From NCBI GenBank assembly GCA_963749495.1, contig CAVVMW010000010.1, positions 544,001 through 608,000 on the forward strand: a DNA stretch of 64,000 nt, written 5' to 3'. The DNA is from an uncultured bacterium (lineage in GTDB: Bacteria; Verrucomicrobiota; Verrucomicrobiia; Limisphaerales; UBA8199). The first letter of the stretch is position 1; each line of letters opens with the position of its first letter. Both the position numbers and the translations under genes were made by a program. Below the pieces are notes generated by a model. It was not told the origin of the DNA, made no database searches, and was given only the letters and a program-made list of their open reading frames with translations. Below are positions 1-10,558 of the stretch, one piece after another.

Positions 1-1488
1 TACGACGGCAACTGGTTGAAATTCTACGTTGACGGGAGTCTGATGGGATCGACGTTCTGGGCCCAGCCTTCTGGCATCGAATATTATTGGCCAGGAGGTT
101 TGGCTATCGGCCGCGACGGCAACGGTGACCGCGGTTATTTCCCAGGTGATATTGACGACGTGCGCATTTACAATCGCGCGCTCGCTCCTGCGGAAATTGG
201 TTACCTGTCCAACGGAGGAGCCCCGGCTGTTTCCGGGCAATTGGCTTATACGGTTCCTCCGGGCACGAATGGGTTTTGGATTTTGGACACCATCGTTCCC
301 ACGAATTCCCTGTTCACTGCGCTGACAAATGGGTACGAGGTCCATGGGCCGGTTTGGTCACCAGACGGCCAGTGGGTCGTCTTCGATGCAAACTGGGACT
401 CAATGCCCGGTGCGCAGATTTATGCTGCTCATCCGGATGGCACAGGAGCGCGGCGGGTGTCGAGGGGGAATGATTGCGTTGACCCGGACATCTCACCCGA
501 CGGAGCAAGGATCGCGTACGAAGAGGTCGGCGGAGATTGTTTTATTATCAACCTCGATGGCACAGGACTGACCGATACTGGTTTCCGTTTGGGCCAGCCA
601 AAGTGGACGCCGGACGGAGACCATATTCTTGCGGACAATTGGGCGCTCTCCTCCGACCCCTACCATAGCGACCTGTTCATCTATGACCTGAAAGCCAAGA
701 CCACGAGTCAGATCACGTTCCACCGATCCGGGGAGGCGTTTAGTTGGCCGGCTGAGTCCCCAGATGGCAGGAAAATCGTGTGCGCGCACAGTCTCAACGA
801 TTCGACCTCCCCGCAAATCTGTGTTATCAACTCGGACGGCTCGAATCCCGTGGATGTCACCTCGGATTGGACATCGGTTCAGGGAGTCCCGATTTGGTTG
901 CCCGACGGCCGGTATATCCTGTTTCAGTCCAACCATGATGGCGATTACGACATCTGGGCCATGTGGCCTGACGGGAGTTGGCGTACGAACCTGACGCAGG
1001 GCTCAGGCTCTCATGAAAAGTTCAGCTTCCGTCTGTTGCCGCCGGCGATCCTCTTGCAACCGCTTTCCCAAGATTCCGTCGCCGGGGGCAGCGTGGCATT
1101 TTCGGTCAGCGCGACTGGCAGCGCGCCTCTTAATTTTCAGTGGCAATTCAACGGCGCCAGCATTCCCGGCGCCACCACCTCCGCCCTCGCCTTGACTGGA
1201 TTGTCCTCTGCCCAAACCGGCATATACCAAGTTCTAGTGAGCAACTCCTCAGGGTCCGTCACGAGCGCCCCCGCAGTGCTGTCGCTCCTCAGCGTCAGAA
1301 TGTACGCCGGGCTAACAATTATCGGTCCCACCAACCTGACTTATCAAATCCAGGCGAAAAACAACCTGAACGACGCCAGTTGGCTGATGCTTACCAACGT
1401 CGTCCTGAATGCGAGCCCCTATCTTTGGTTTGATTTGGATTCGCCGGCCTACCCGAAGCGCTTTTATCGGGCCGTGCCACAGCCGTAA
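1..1488 (+). CDS. Secreted multidomain protein, 5'-partial: LamG-like end, TolB/PD40 beta-propeller, Ig domain, C-terminal RFYR domain
   Basis: FPGDIDDVRIYNRAL (LamG tail); WSPDG/ISPDG/WTPDG repeats; FSVSATGSAPLNFQWQFNG (Ig); ends KRFYRAVPQP; frame is open from the window edge. Confidence 0.85.
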   Translation, partial: YDGNWLKFYVDGSLMGSTFWAQPSGIEYYWPGGLAIGRDGNGDRGYFPGDIDDVRIYNRALAPAEIGYLSNGGAPAVSGQLAYTVPPGTNGFWILDTIVPTNSLFTALTNGYEVHGPVWSPDGQWVVFDANWDSMPGAQIYAAHPDGTGARRVSRGNDCVDPDISPDGARIAYEEVGGDCFIINLDGTGLTDTGFRLGQPKWTPDGDHILADNWALSSDPYHSDLFIYDLKAKTTSQITFHRSGEAFSWPAESPDGRKIVCAHSLNDSTSPQICVINSDGSNPVDVTSDWTSVQGVPIWLPDGRYILFQSNHDGDYDIWAMWPDGSWRTNLTQGSGSHEKFSFRLLPPAILLQPLSQDSVAGGSVAFSVSATGSAPLNFQWQFNGASIPGATTSALALTGLSSAQTGIYQVLVSNSSGSVTSAPAVLSLLSVRMYAGLTIIGPTNLTYQIQAKNNLNDASWLMLTNVVLNASPYLWFDLDSPAYPKRFYRAVPQP

Positions 1489-1651
1489 CGAGACTACCAC
1501 ATCGCGGTTATCGAAGAGCGCCTCGAAAGCTGGCCAAGGGCGAGGCTGCGGACCGAGTGAATGCATCTCAAATTGACATTGAGAACTTGAGCCCCGGCTG
1601 CCATCTCCCGGAGCAGCCGGGGCCATTGTTTTTTCGGAAACTGATGCGTCT

Positions 1652-3856
1652 TCACGGCGCCGGCAAATGGCGCGGGGCCCGCTCGGCGTCCGCGACCCGC
1701 TGAAGGTCTGCGTACAGTTTCCGCACCGGCGACACCCGCTCCAGCAGCGCGTCGCCTTGCCGGGCAAGCTCTTTGCGATACCGGTCGTTTTCCAGCTTCC
1801 CCTCGGCATCCAGTCGGCGCGCTTGGGCGACGATCTGCTCGACCTCCGCCAGACTGGCCAGCCGTTTCTGGATGAGTCCTGCCAGGCCGTCGAACTTCCA
1901 GAAACGCAAACCCTCTCGCACGATATAAACGGGCGTCGTGTGTGCGCTCGTGCCGTCACCCGCGCGAGCGCGGGCGGCAATCCAACAGCCCTGCCCCGCA
2001 TCCACCGTGAAATCCAAGCGGACCTCGGGCCGAGCCGGGTCCGCCGACTCGGCCGATCGGATGACCTCGCCATGCCGCACGACTTCCAGCTTCACGGGCG
2101 ACATGCGCCTGGCGTCGCCCCAAGCCCGGGCCTGCACGCGCAGCTTGCGGTCGGACTTGAGCCTCAGTTCATCGCCCGGCAACGCATGGTCCACTCGAAA
2201 CTCGAGCATGGGCCCGCTGGTGGTGAAGGTGTGTCCGCGGCGAAAGGCATCGAACCAGGCATCGGCCGAGAAAGCGTTCCGCCCCAGGAAGGCGTAGGCG
2301 CGGACCTCACCGACGGTGCCGCCCCACGGCACATCGGAACCGGCCGAGGCGGTCAGCTTGCAGCCCAGGTTCAGGAAATCATAATAGAGGTCTGTGCCCA
2401 GGTTGTTGAACTGGAGGATTTCGACGGAATCGACCTTTTGGCGCGGCACGTTCAGGCTCATGTCGCGATGGACGTGGAACATGCCCGAATTGACGTGTGC
2501 ATAGCCTGCCAGGCCGCCCTGGGCGTGGACCGCATCAAAGACCTCGTCATAAAGAAAATACCGGTCGGTGTCGCGGACCATGCTGGTGATGTCCATCGCC
2601 AGTGCGTGGCCGATCTGGTCATGAGTGCGCGGGCATTCCTGGCCGGGCACCAGCACGTATTGCCCCTCGACGACGCGGTAGTTCGGGCCAAAACCGCGTT
2701 GCTCGAAATAGGTGCGGTAGATGTCTCCCATCTTGACGATGTTGGCCAGATGGATGTCTTCGGCCTGCACCCAGGCCATCAGGTGACGCGCATCTCGGTC
2801 CGAGAGAATGCGGCAATGCACGTGGTCGTCCCCCGACCACCACCCCAGCCGCCGCATGTCCACCCAGCGGCGGGGGCGGATGGTCTGTTCCAGGGTTTGG
2901 CCGGAGCGGATGCTCACGTCCTGGAAGACGACCTCGTGCTCGACACCGCGGCGCACGCCGATTTGCCAAAGGCCAGGCGCCAGGGCCATGTCCACCGGCC
3001 CGGGCACGCACCAGAAGGGCTCGCCGAGCCGGCCGGGAAGATTCGCGGCGCGCGCCCCGCTGGTGTTGCCTTGTTTGTCGAACTGAGGCGCGAACTCGAT
3101 GCCATTGCCAGGCTGCCGCTCCAAGCCTTCGGTTTGCCACAGCAGCCGCACCATGGCGGGCGCGGGCTTGCCGGTGTCGTCCGAAAGGGCCATGAGCTTG
3201 AGCCGCCCCGGCGCCGGCGTGGTGACGTCCAGGGGCAAACGCACGGCGGCCCGGCCAGGCCGCCGGAACTCGAGTGTCAGCGTTGTGCGGCCAAAAGGAA
3301 CATGTTCCAGGCCGGCGACGGCGTAAGTTCTGCCATTTGCCGCCGCTTCAACCGTGACCAGGCTCGACTCACCGGGTGGTTGCGACAAATCACACAGGCT
3401 CGTCGTGCAACTGAAACCGTCGCTGCCTGCCAGCACCTCGAACAACAAGGCCCCGGTGTCTCCAGGCAATTCGACCGGCCCATTGGGCGTGAGGGCCGGG
3501 CGCTCAGCCGTCAAGTCCACGCGAATAAGCCGGGGGCAGGCGGCCACGGAACGGAACAAGCGGTCCGCCGCGGCAGTGCCACGCTCAGCGGCCACCCTCC
3601 GCGAGGCCTCGTCAGCCGCTTTCTGCAGTTGCTGTTGCGCCTGGCGCAGGTTGCGGTTGAGCGCCTCCAGGTCCGCGCGCTGCTCCGCCCCGAACAAATA
3701 CCAGTGTTGGCGCGCAACGCGGCCGGCGAAATCAACCACGCCCGGAGGCAGCGGCGCCGCGGTTTCGGCCGGCCGCCCCGACGGCGCGCCGACCCACGTT
3801 GCCAGAGTGATTGCCAGGCAGGCCGGGAAACAGCGGAACTGCACGAGCTTAGTCAT
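1652..3856 (-). CDS. CehA/McbA-like PHP-family metallohydrolase, secreted
   Basis: WWSGDDHVHC, GQE, YAHV and SAGSD motifs; signal-like MTKLVQFRCFPACLAITLA; ATG at 3856 overlaps the upstream TGA (ATGA). Confidence 0.8.
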   Translation of the reverse strand: MTKLVQFRCFPACLAITLATWVGAPSGRPAETAAPLPPGVVDFAGRVARQHWYLFGAEQRADLEALNRNLRQAQQQLQKAADEASRRVAAERGTAAADRLFRSVAACPRLIRVDLTAERPALTPNGPVELPGDTGALLFEVLAGSDGFSCTTSLCDLSQPPGESSLVTVEAAANGRTYAVAGLEHVPFGRTTLTLEFRRPGRAAVRLPLDVTTPAPGRLKLMALSDDTGKPAPAMVRLLWQTEGLERQPGNGIEFAPQFDKQGNTSGARAANLPGRLGEPFWCVPGPVDMALAPGLWQIGVRRGVEHEVVFQDVSIRSGQTLEQTIRPRRWVDMRRLGWWSGDDHVHCRILSDRDARHLMAWVQAEDIHLANIVKMGDIYRTYFEQRGFGPNYRVVEGQYVLVPGQECPRTHDQIGHALAMDITSMVRDTDRYFLYDEVFDAVHAQGGLAGYAHVNSGMFHVHRDMSLNVPRQKVDSVEILQFNNLGTDLYYDFLNLGCKLTASAGSDVPWGGTVGEVRAYAFLGRNAFSADAWFDAFRRGHTFTTSGPMLEFRVDHALPGDELRLKSDRKLRVQARAWGDARRMSPVKLEVVRHGEVIRSAESADPARPEVRLDFTVDAGQGCWIAARARAGDGTSAHTTPVYIVREGLRFWKFDGLAGLIQKRLASLAEVEQIVAQARRLDAEGKLENDRYRKELARQGDALLERVSPVRKLYADLQRVADAERAPRHLPAP

Positions 3857-4503
3857 AGAGCAGGTCTTTTGGGCGGCCTCAGGCACTTGACCTTGAACCG
3901 CCGCGTCTCGCCAGGGAGCGCCGGCGCGAAGCCCGGGTCGGCCGGTTTCTCCTCTTCCAGCGCGCAACCGTCCCGGCCCTCGGCCTGCAGTGTCCCGAGC
4001 GCTTTCGCCTCCGGCCACAAGCTGTCCTCGATGACCAACTCATCGCCGGCGCGTAACGCCGCCGGCTTCGCGGCGAAGAAAAAAAGGCGAAGCCGGTGAC
4101 GGGCGGGGCCAGTCTGGTCGTTGCCCAGCAAGTTAACTTCCGGGTCGTAGAGCGGCACTAATTCCACCTCGTGGCCCGCGATGCGCAGGTTCACCTGCTC
4201 GGCGACAACGGGCGCCAGCCTCTTCAGGTACGACTCCAGTTCCGACCGAGTGATGTGTCCGTTGCGATCGGCATCCATCGTCTGGCGCTCCCGCCACGAC
4301 CATTCCTCGAAAAAGGTGAGATCCAGGGTCAAATTGACATATTTTGCCCCGACGGTCAGGTGAACGCTGTGTTGGATGTAGGCCGTGAACAAGTCATGGG
4401 CCACCGCCTCTCGGTGCCACTCGGGCAGGATGCCGACGAGCACCAGGAGTGCCGCGCCAACCACCCTCGGCCACCGATCCGAGGCTTGGGCGATATTGGT
4501 CAT
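3853..4503 (-). CDS. Exported hypothetical protein with an EF-hand-like loop (DUF1007-like)
   Basis: Signal ending AVA-HD; MDADRNGHITRSEL; translationally coupled to the downstream hydrolase. Confidence 0.6.
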   Translation of the reverse strand: MTNIAQASDRWPRVVGAALLVLVGILPEWHREAVAHDLFTAYIQHSVHLTVGAKYVNLTLDLTFFEEWSWRERQTMDADRNGHITRSELESYLKRLAPVVAEQVNLRIAGHEVELVPLYDPEVNLLGNDQTGPARHRLRLFFFAAKPAALRAGDELVIEDSLWPEAKALGTLQAEGRDGCALEEEKPADPGFAPALPGETRRFKVKCLRPPKRPAL

Positions 4504-4605
4504 GCGATGCTCTGGTGTCTCCCTTTTACTCCCTGCCCCCGGCGAGGGCAAGGGCCAAGCGGCGAGCCTGTGGTTGAAGGCGAGTTCGTCTTGGCTTAAT
4601 ATGGC

Positions 4606-4773
4606 ATGATCGTGAACCCTGACGTATTAGCGCAGTTTGGAGCCGTCACGGAAGCCCGCCTGGCGGGTTCCCCGGAGCGGGCCATCATTGAGCAGTTGTT
4701 CGAGCACGTTCCTTTTAAGAGTCCGCCGGTTGTTTTCAGCCAAGACACGGGCCTTGCCCGTCGCTTAAATTGA
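4606..4773 (+). pseudogene. Possible N-terminal remnant of a PAS-AraC regulator
   Basis: 55-codon ORF containing IIEQLFEHVP, resembling the start of PAS-AraC regulators found with hydroxyproline operons. Confidence 0.3.
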
Positions 4774-4781
4774 GTGCCAAG

Positions 4782-5735
4782 ATGAAGAGACCCTTCTGGA
4801 GAGGTGTGTTTCCCGCGATTACAACTCAACTCGAAAAGGACCAGGCGCTCGACGTGGAGGCTACCGGCCGACATGTCGAAGCCCTGCTCGATTCCGGCGT
4901 GTCCGGCATCATCTTTCTCGGCTCGCTGGGCGAAAACCAGGCGCTCCTGCCTGCTGAAAAGCGACGATTGATGGAAGCCATGGTCCAGGCCGTGGCCGGC
5001 CGCGTGCCGGTGCTGAGTGGCGTCGCCGAGACCAGCACGGCCGAAGCGTGCCGCTACGTCCGCGACCTCGAGAAACTCGGCGTGGATGGCTTCATGGTGA
5101 TGCCCGCCATGCTCTACCGGGGTGACCCGCGCGAGACCTTGGCGCATTTTCGGGCGACGGCCAAGGCCACCGGCTTGCCCATCATGATTTACAACAACCC
5201 CGTCAGCTACGCCAACGACATCACCCCCGAGATGTTCGCCCAATTGGCGGAGGTGAAGAACTTCGTCGCACTTAAGGAAAGCTCCGGCAACACCCGCCGC
5301 ATAACCGATCTGCGGAATGCCGTGGGCGACCGCTACGCTATCTTCACCGGCGTGGATGACCTGGTGCTTGAGAGCGCCATCCTTGGCATCGATGGCTGGG
5401 TCGCCGGCAGCGGCATCGCCGTTCCGGCTGAAAACCAGTGGTTCTGGGAACTGACGCGCCGCGGCGAATGGGACCGGGCGCGGGAGCTTTATCGCTGGTT
5501 CACCCCGCTGCTCCACCTGGATACCCACACCAAGTTCGTCCAATGTATTAAGCTGGCTGTGCAGGAATGCGGCCTGGGCCGTGAATGGGTGCGCGCCCCC
5601 CGCCTGCCTCTGGTCGGAGCTGAGCGCCAGCAGGTCCTCCGGATCATCGAGCAGGCCATCCGCCACCGGCCTGCAATTCCCCCGCGCAAGCCTGTCCGAA
5701 TCACCAATCACCAGTCACCCATCTCTGCTCCCTAA
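4782..5735 (+). CDS. lhpC: DapA-family protein, likely delta1-pyrroline-4-hydroxy-2-carboxylate deaminase
   Basis: GVFPAITT, GSLGE, IMIYNNP and ALKESSG; adjacent to the hydroxyproline epimerase. Confidence 0.8.
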   Translation: MKRPFWRGVFPAITTQLEKDQALDVEATGRHVEALLDSGVSGIIFLGSLGENQALLPAEKRRLMEAMVQAVAGRVPVLSGVAETSTAEACRYVRDLEKLGVDGFMVMPAMLYRGDPRETLAHFRATAKATGLPIMIYNNPVSYANDITPEMFAQLAEVKNFVALKESSGNTRRITDLRNAVGDRYAIFTGVDDLVLESAILGIDGWVAGSGIAVPAENQWFWELTRRGEWDRARELYRWFTPLLHLDTHTKFVQCIKLAVQECGLGREWVRAPRLPLVGAERQQVLRIIEQAIRHRPAIPPRKPVRITNHQSPISAP

Positions 5736-5747
5736 TCACCCTTCACT

Positions 5748-6677
5748 ATGAAGCGTGTCTGCATCATTGACTCCCATACCGGGGGCGAGCCCACACGCCT
5801 GGTCGTCAGCGGCGGACCTGCCCTGGGCGGCGGCAGCGTGGCTGACAAGCTGAAGGTTTTCCGCCAGCATTATGATCGCTTCCGCTCCGCTGTCGTCAAC
5901 GAGCCGCGCGGCTCCGATGTGTTGGTCGGCGGCAGCCTCGTCGAGCCGCAGGACCCCTCTTGTGCAGCCGGCGTGATCTTCTTCAACAATGTCGGTTACC
6001 TTGGCATGTGCGGCCATGGCACGATCGGCCTCGTGGCCACCTTGGCGCACCTGGGCCGAATCGGCCACGGGGAACATCGGATCGAAACCCCCGTCGGCAT
6101 TGTCACTGCCACCCTTCACCCGGACGGCGCGGTTTCGGTCACCAACGTGCCCAGTTGGCGCGCTGAAAAAGATTTGCTGGTCAAGGTGCCCGGCATTGGG
6201 TTGGTGGCCGGTGACCTCGCTTGGGGCGGCAACTGGTTTTTTCTAGTCGAGGGCCACCGCCTGGACCTGTCGCTTGCGAACGTCCAGGCGCTCACAGAAT
6301 ACAGTTGGCGCCTGCGCCAGGCCCTCAACGCCCAGGGCTTTCCCGACGTGGACCACATCGAGCTTCTGGGTGCCCCGGCCTCGCCCAGCGCCAACTCAAG
6401 GAATTTTGTGCTCTGTCCCGGCAAGGCCTATGACCGGTCCCCCTGCGGCACAGGCACCAGCGCCAAACTGGCCGGCCTGGCCGCGGACGGCAAACTCGCC
6501 GAAGGCTCCCCGTGGATACAGGAGAGCATCCTGGGGAGCACCTTCACCGGCTCTTTCACCTGGCTCGACCGCGCGGCCGGCAAAATTGCTCCCCGGATTA
6601 CCGGAACCGCTTTCGTCAACGGCGAGGCCACTCTCCTGCTCGATGAACGCGACCCTTTCTGCTGGGGCATCCACTGA
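5748..6677 (+). CDS. lhpA: 4-hydroxyproline 2-epimerase (proline racemase family)
   Basis: [20 protein letters not shown] and [12 protein letters not shown] catalytic Cys motifs. Confidence 0.92.
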   Translation: MKRVCIIDSHTGGEPTRLVVSGGPALGGGSVADKLKVFRQHYDRFRSAVVNEPRGSDVLVGGSLVEPQDPSCAAGVIFFNNVGYLGMCGHGTIGLVATLAHLGRIGHGEHRIETPVGIVTATLHPDGAVSVTNVPSWRAEKDLLVKVPGIGLVAGDLAWGGNWFFLVEGHRLDLSLANVQALTEYSWRLRQALNAQGFPDVDHIELLGAPASPSANSRNFVLCPGKAYDRSPCGTGTSAKLAGLAADGKLAEGSPWIQESILGSTFTGSFTWLDRAAGKIAPRITGTAFVNGEATLLLDERDPFCWGIH

Positions 6678-6702
6678 TCTCCCGGTTCCACTATAGGCCC
6701 TT

Positions 6703-7821
6703 ATGCCATCTTCCTTTGACGTAATCATCGTCGGCGCTGGCATTGTTGGGGCGGCCTGTGCCGCCGAATGCGCCCGGGGTGGTCTTCGGGTCCTGGTTGT
6801 GGACCGCGGCCCAATCGGCGGTGGCGCCACCGGGGCCGCCACAGGCCACATCGTTGTCATGGACGACTCGGAAGCCCAGTTTGCGCTCACTTCCTATTCC
6901 CGCGCCCTCTGGCACCAACTCGCCCAGGCCCTCCCGGCCGACATCGAGTACGACCAATGCGGCACGCTTTGGGTCGCCGCCGATGAGGAAGAAATGGCCG
7001 AGGTCTGCCGCAAACAGCAACACTACGCCCGCCGCAGCGTGCGCGCCGAGGTCTTGGACGGCGGCCAGGTGGCTGCCGCCGAGCCCCAACTGCGCGCCGG
7101 CTTGGCGGGCGGGTTGCTCGTCCCTGGTGACGCCGTGCTGCTTCCGCCCTGCGCGGCCCGGTTCTTGATTGAGCAAGCCAGGCAGCATGGCGCCCAGGTT
7201 CGCATTGGCACCGGCGTGCAGCAATTACTCCCGGAAGGCGGCGTGGTGTTGGCCGACGGTTCCCGGGTCAACGCCGCCGTGTCCGTCAGCGCCACCGGCC
7301 CTTGGGCCTCCGCCCTGACACCGGGCCTGCCCATTCGGAAACGCAAGGGCCACCTCGTCATTACCGACCGCCACCCCGGGTTTGTCCGCCATCAACTCGT
7401 CGAGTTGGGCTATTCTAAGAGCGCCCAGGGCACCGCCCGTGACTCCGTCGCATTCAACATCCAGCCGCGCAAGAATGGCCAGATGCTCATCGGTTCCTCC
7501 CGGCAATACGATGCTGACAATGCCGCGGTGGACCAACCTATCCTGGATCGCATGCTCCGCCGCGCGCTCGAGTACCTGCCGGCTCTCGGGCAGCTTTCAG
7601 TCATCCGCGCCTGGACCGCCCATCGCGCCGCGACACCAGACAAGCTCCCGCTCATCGGCCCCAGCCGGGATTGCGACCGCATCTGGCTGGCCACCGGCCA
7701 CGAAGGCCTCGGCATCACCACCTCCCTCGCCACCGGCCGTCTCCTGGCGGATTTGCTCCTCAATAGAAAAACCGAAATCCCCGCCGCGCCCTACGCTGCC
7801 GCCCGCCTCGCCAATGCCTGA
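6703..7821 (+). CDS. lhpB: FAD-dependent D-amino acid oxidoreductase, likely D-hydroxyproline dehydrogenase beta subunit
   Basis: IVGAGIVG Rossmann motif; ATGHEGLGITTSLATG; operon context. Confidence 0.8.
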   Translation: MPSSFDVIIVGAGIVGAACAAECARGGLRVLVVDRGPIGGGATGAATGHIVVMDDSEAQFALTSYSRALWHQLAQALPADIEYDQCGTLWVAADEEEMAEVCRKQQHYARRSVRAEVLDGGQVAAAEPQLRAGLAGGLLVPGDAVLLPPCAARFLIEQARQHGAQVRIGTGVQQLLPEGGVVLADGSRVNAAVSVSATGPWASALTPGLPIRKRKGHLVITDRHPGFVRHQLVELGYSKSAQGTARDSVAFNIQPRKNGQMLIGSSRQYDADNAAVDQPILDRMLRRALEYLPALGQLSVIRAWTAHRAATPDKLPLIGPSRDCDRIWLATGHEGLGITTSLATGRLLADLLLNRKTEIPAAPYAAARLANA

Positions 7822-7953
7822 TGGGTTTCTCATCTCTGGCTTGAAGACCTCTTCGTAAGTACTCAGCACCACTCCACGTCCTTTGCGCGCCCTTAGTGGT
7901 CATGAACATAAATACGATGACGTATCCTGGATGCGCGGCAGGGCCGCCGCGAG

Positions 7954-8092
7954 CGTAGCGCAGACCTCCGAGTCTGCTGTCTCGCAGGTTTCCAAACCTG
8001 CGGGCCAACCAAGGTGCGGACGCGCGTGCCTTCACGGGCGCGCAGCCGACTTGGAAGTCGGCGATACAGCAGACTCGGAGGTCTGCGCTACG
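7954..8092. repeat. GTAG-type REP/REPIN palindrome
   Basis: Arms 7954-7985 and 8061-8092 are 31/32 reverse-complementary (CGTAGCGCAGACCTCCGAGTCTGCTGT...), with internal hairpins. Confidence 0.85.
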
Positions 8093-8263
8093 TCACCGTA
8101 TTTGCGTCCGGTAGTACTTAGTCCGAGAGCTCCCCATACCCCGCCCCTGACCACGGATAGTCCCTCTTCGCTGCCACCCCACTTGAATGGGTATAGATCT
8201 TCATGGCTTTGGGGCAGGTGGGTGTAAGCCCTCCGTGAAGGTGGGAACCTCACTGCCCGCGGC

Positions 8264-8422
8264 TCACCGCGTAGCGGTGCCCGATGGTAGCCGTGGACTT
8301 CCAGTCCACGGACCCATGGCCCAAGCTCGACCGCGTCGCGTCGCGACGCCTGAAAACCGCGACGCTCTCAGGCGTCGCTACGCGACGCGCGATGATTCCC
8401 ACGCCCCGAACCGTGGACCGAG
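8264..8422. repeat. REP-like element (CGCGTAGCG/CGTGGAC family), 3'-truncated copy
   Basis: Closely matches 43163-43375 but stops at ACCGTGGACCGAG. Confidence 0.8.
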
Positions 8423-8950
8423 AGGGCCGGGGTGAGGGGTCGGCCTGGCACTCCGTCTCCGCCTTCGCTGACCGGCTTCCGAAGGGGAGAAAAAAGTATT
8501 GACGGAAACCGACCATTGGCAACCAGTTACGACGATTTGACCAAAAACCACAAAACTTTTTTCAAGTCAGACCCCCAATTTTGACCTGAAAGACCGCTCA
8601 CGGCCGTTACAACCTGAGCGGTCAATTGGCCGTCGGAAATACTGTAATAAAACCGACAACCGGATTGGCGATAGCCCGCCCTCCCCTTGGGGGTCATGGT
8701 CAAACCCTCACCCCGCATCGAAAAACGTCTCTGCCACCCCTTTTTGGGGCAGGTCCATCCCAAACCCTCGCCCCAAGGTGGGCGACCTGGCCAGACCCCC
8801 TTGGCGCTCCGAATTGGGCTGTTCCGGCGACGTTCGAGCCCGCCCCTTCAACCGGAGGGTGTGAACATCCTCGCCAACGAATGACGGGTGCGATTCTGAG
8901 TCGAAATTGTAATTGTCAGCAGCCCACGGATGCGGCAATGTCGTCACACC

Positions 8951-9922
8951 ATGACAAGCGAACCTCAAAACACGGCCTCGATGCCCTCAGCGCCGCCGTC
9001 ACCGCATTCACCCCAAGAAGTGTCATTGGAGCAACGACTACTAACGCTCGAAAAGGGGGATAACCGCGCATTCCGGTTCGTTCAATTGGCGATGGGCATT
9101 TTCGTGCTATTTATAGGTTTTAATTGGTGGTCAGCGAAAACGAATTATGACAGGGATCGGGAATATTTTCAAAACAGGTTAGCACTGGCTCAATCCGAGA
9201 TTTCGTCCGCAAATGACAAACAGATAACAGAGCTTCGAAAGCAAACCGAGTTTTCAAATGAGAAGCAAATGAATGAGATAAGAAAGCAAGCTGACGCTTC
9301 GCTCATCTCTATTAGCAACAACTTGCAGAATGACTTTGTGGCCCTTGAACATCAGATAGATGAGAAGCGCTCAAATGCGGTAGTGGCTTTTACCAATTCG
9401 ATTATGCGCCTAGCAACTAACGTGCAGAATGGAATGGAAATACTCATCACTAATATGAATAAAGCCCTTGACGGGTCGATTAAACAGAACACTGAGATAT
9501 TGAATAACACGCTCACGAATATTCAGGGAGAGGTCAACAAGGCAACCGCTGGAGCAAGAGGCGTAAGCCTTATGGTGCAATCCTCTTCATTTCTAAACAT
9601 TCACGGCGGCTCTAAGCAGGAAAACCTTGCAGACGGGGCAGATTCATTGTTGGCAGCCGCGCATTTCCTTTTTCTAGCTAAGGACGAAGCGAACATGAGG
9701 CGCTGTGTGAATATATTGTGCGGGAGCTGCTTGCCGCAATTGACACAGAAAGCCAGTAAAACCTTATTGGCTCATTTGGACTCTACGAGGCATCTTACGG
9801 ATAAAATCCGTGCATTAGTGTCTGACCTTGAAAGCGCTGATAAGACCGGTGCATACAGCGATAATATCTCGACGCTTAAATACGACTCGGAGATTATTCA
9901 AGGCAAACTGCCAACTAAGTAG
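8951..9922 (+). CDS. Hypothetical membrane-anchored coiled-coil protein, AT-rich
   Basis: One TM segment (FVQLAMGIFVLFIGFNWW) followed by a long helical region; visibly lower GC than its flanks. Confidence 0.7.
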   Translation: MTSEPQNTASMPSAPPSPHSPQEVSLEQRLLTLEKGDNRAFRFVQLAMGIFVLFIGFNWWSAKTNYDRDREYFQNRLALAQSEISSANDKQITELRKQTEFSNEKQMNEIRKQADASLISISNNLQNDFVALEHQIDEKRSNAVVAFTNSIMRLATNVQNGMEILITNMNKALDGSIKQNTEILNNTLTNIQGEVNKATAGARGVSLMVQSSSFLNIHGGSKQENLADGADSLLAAAHFLFLAKDEANMRRCVNILCGSCLPQLTQKASKTLLAHLDSTRHLTDKIRALVSDLESADKTGAYSDNISTLKYDSEIIQGKLPTK

Positions 9923-9996
9923 GCGAACTCTGGTCAGGCGCCTCAAAACCCCGCGCAGATCAGAGGGCGGAGGATAAGCCCGGTTCGATGTTTTCC

Positions 9997-10353
9997 CTAT
10001 TTCGCCGGGACGGAATACGTCTTGGCTGTCTTGTCGAAGGTGAGGGTCTTTGACTTCTCGACCAGTTTTTTCAGTGTGCCCCTGGTATACGTGGTCTTGA
10101 CCCCGGCAGCGATTTCCGACTTGGAAACCGGCTTCCCTTGGGTCTTCACCCAATCCAAAATCCGGTCGGCGACGGTGGGCGGGGAGGGCGGCTGCCAAGT
10201 GGGGTCAATGGCCGTGATTTTGTCGGCCAGTTCTCCCAATTTGCCGAGGGTTTCGGAGTATTCGGCCTTCATCGGTTCAAGGCTGGCCTGTTGACGGTCT
10301 TTGACGGCAGCCTTCAATTGTTCGGGGGTCATTCCGGCGAGAACGGCCCGCAT
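9997..10353 (-). CDS. Small basic hypothetical protein, possibly with a C-terminal winged helix
   Basis: Helical N-half, Pro linker, then VADRILDWVKTQGKPVSKSEIAAGVK; start uncertain. Confidence 0.55.
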   Translation of the reverse strand: MRAVLAGMTPEQLKAAVKDRQQASLEPMKAEYSETLGKLGELADKITAIDPTWQPPSPPTVADRILDWVKTQGKPVSKSEIAAGVKTTYTRGTLKKLVEKSKTLTFDKTAKTYSVPAK

Positions 10354-10558
10354 TATTTCGGGCGTGATTTGAGGGGCGGCGGTCGGCTTGGCGTCGGCAA
10401 TGGGGGGTTCGGTTTTTGCTGAGGGTAATGTAACCTCAACTGTGTGGACATTCTCTCAGAAACACTGGTTTCTGTCTGTACTTTTGGGGAGAGGGCGGGA
10501 GTGAGGGGAGCCGGACAAAATAGTAACCATTAGACGTGTTCATTTCCGCGTATTCCGC

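Noticed and set aside
1667..4099. Long antisense or alternate-frame ORFs (also 13420-15012, 20669-22138, 31385-33259, 35341-36993 and others)
   Set aside because: Shadow ORFs of GC-rich genes, with Arg/Pro/Ala-rich composition and no motifs.
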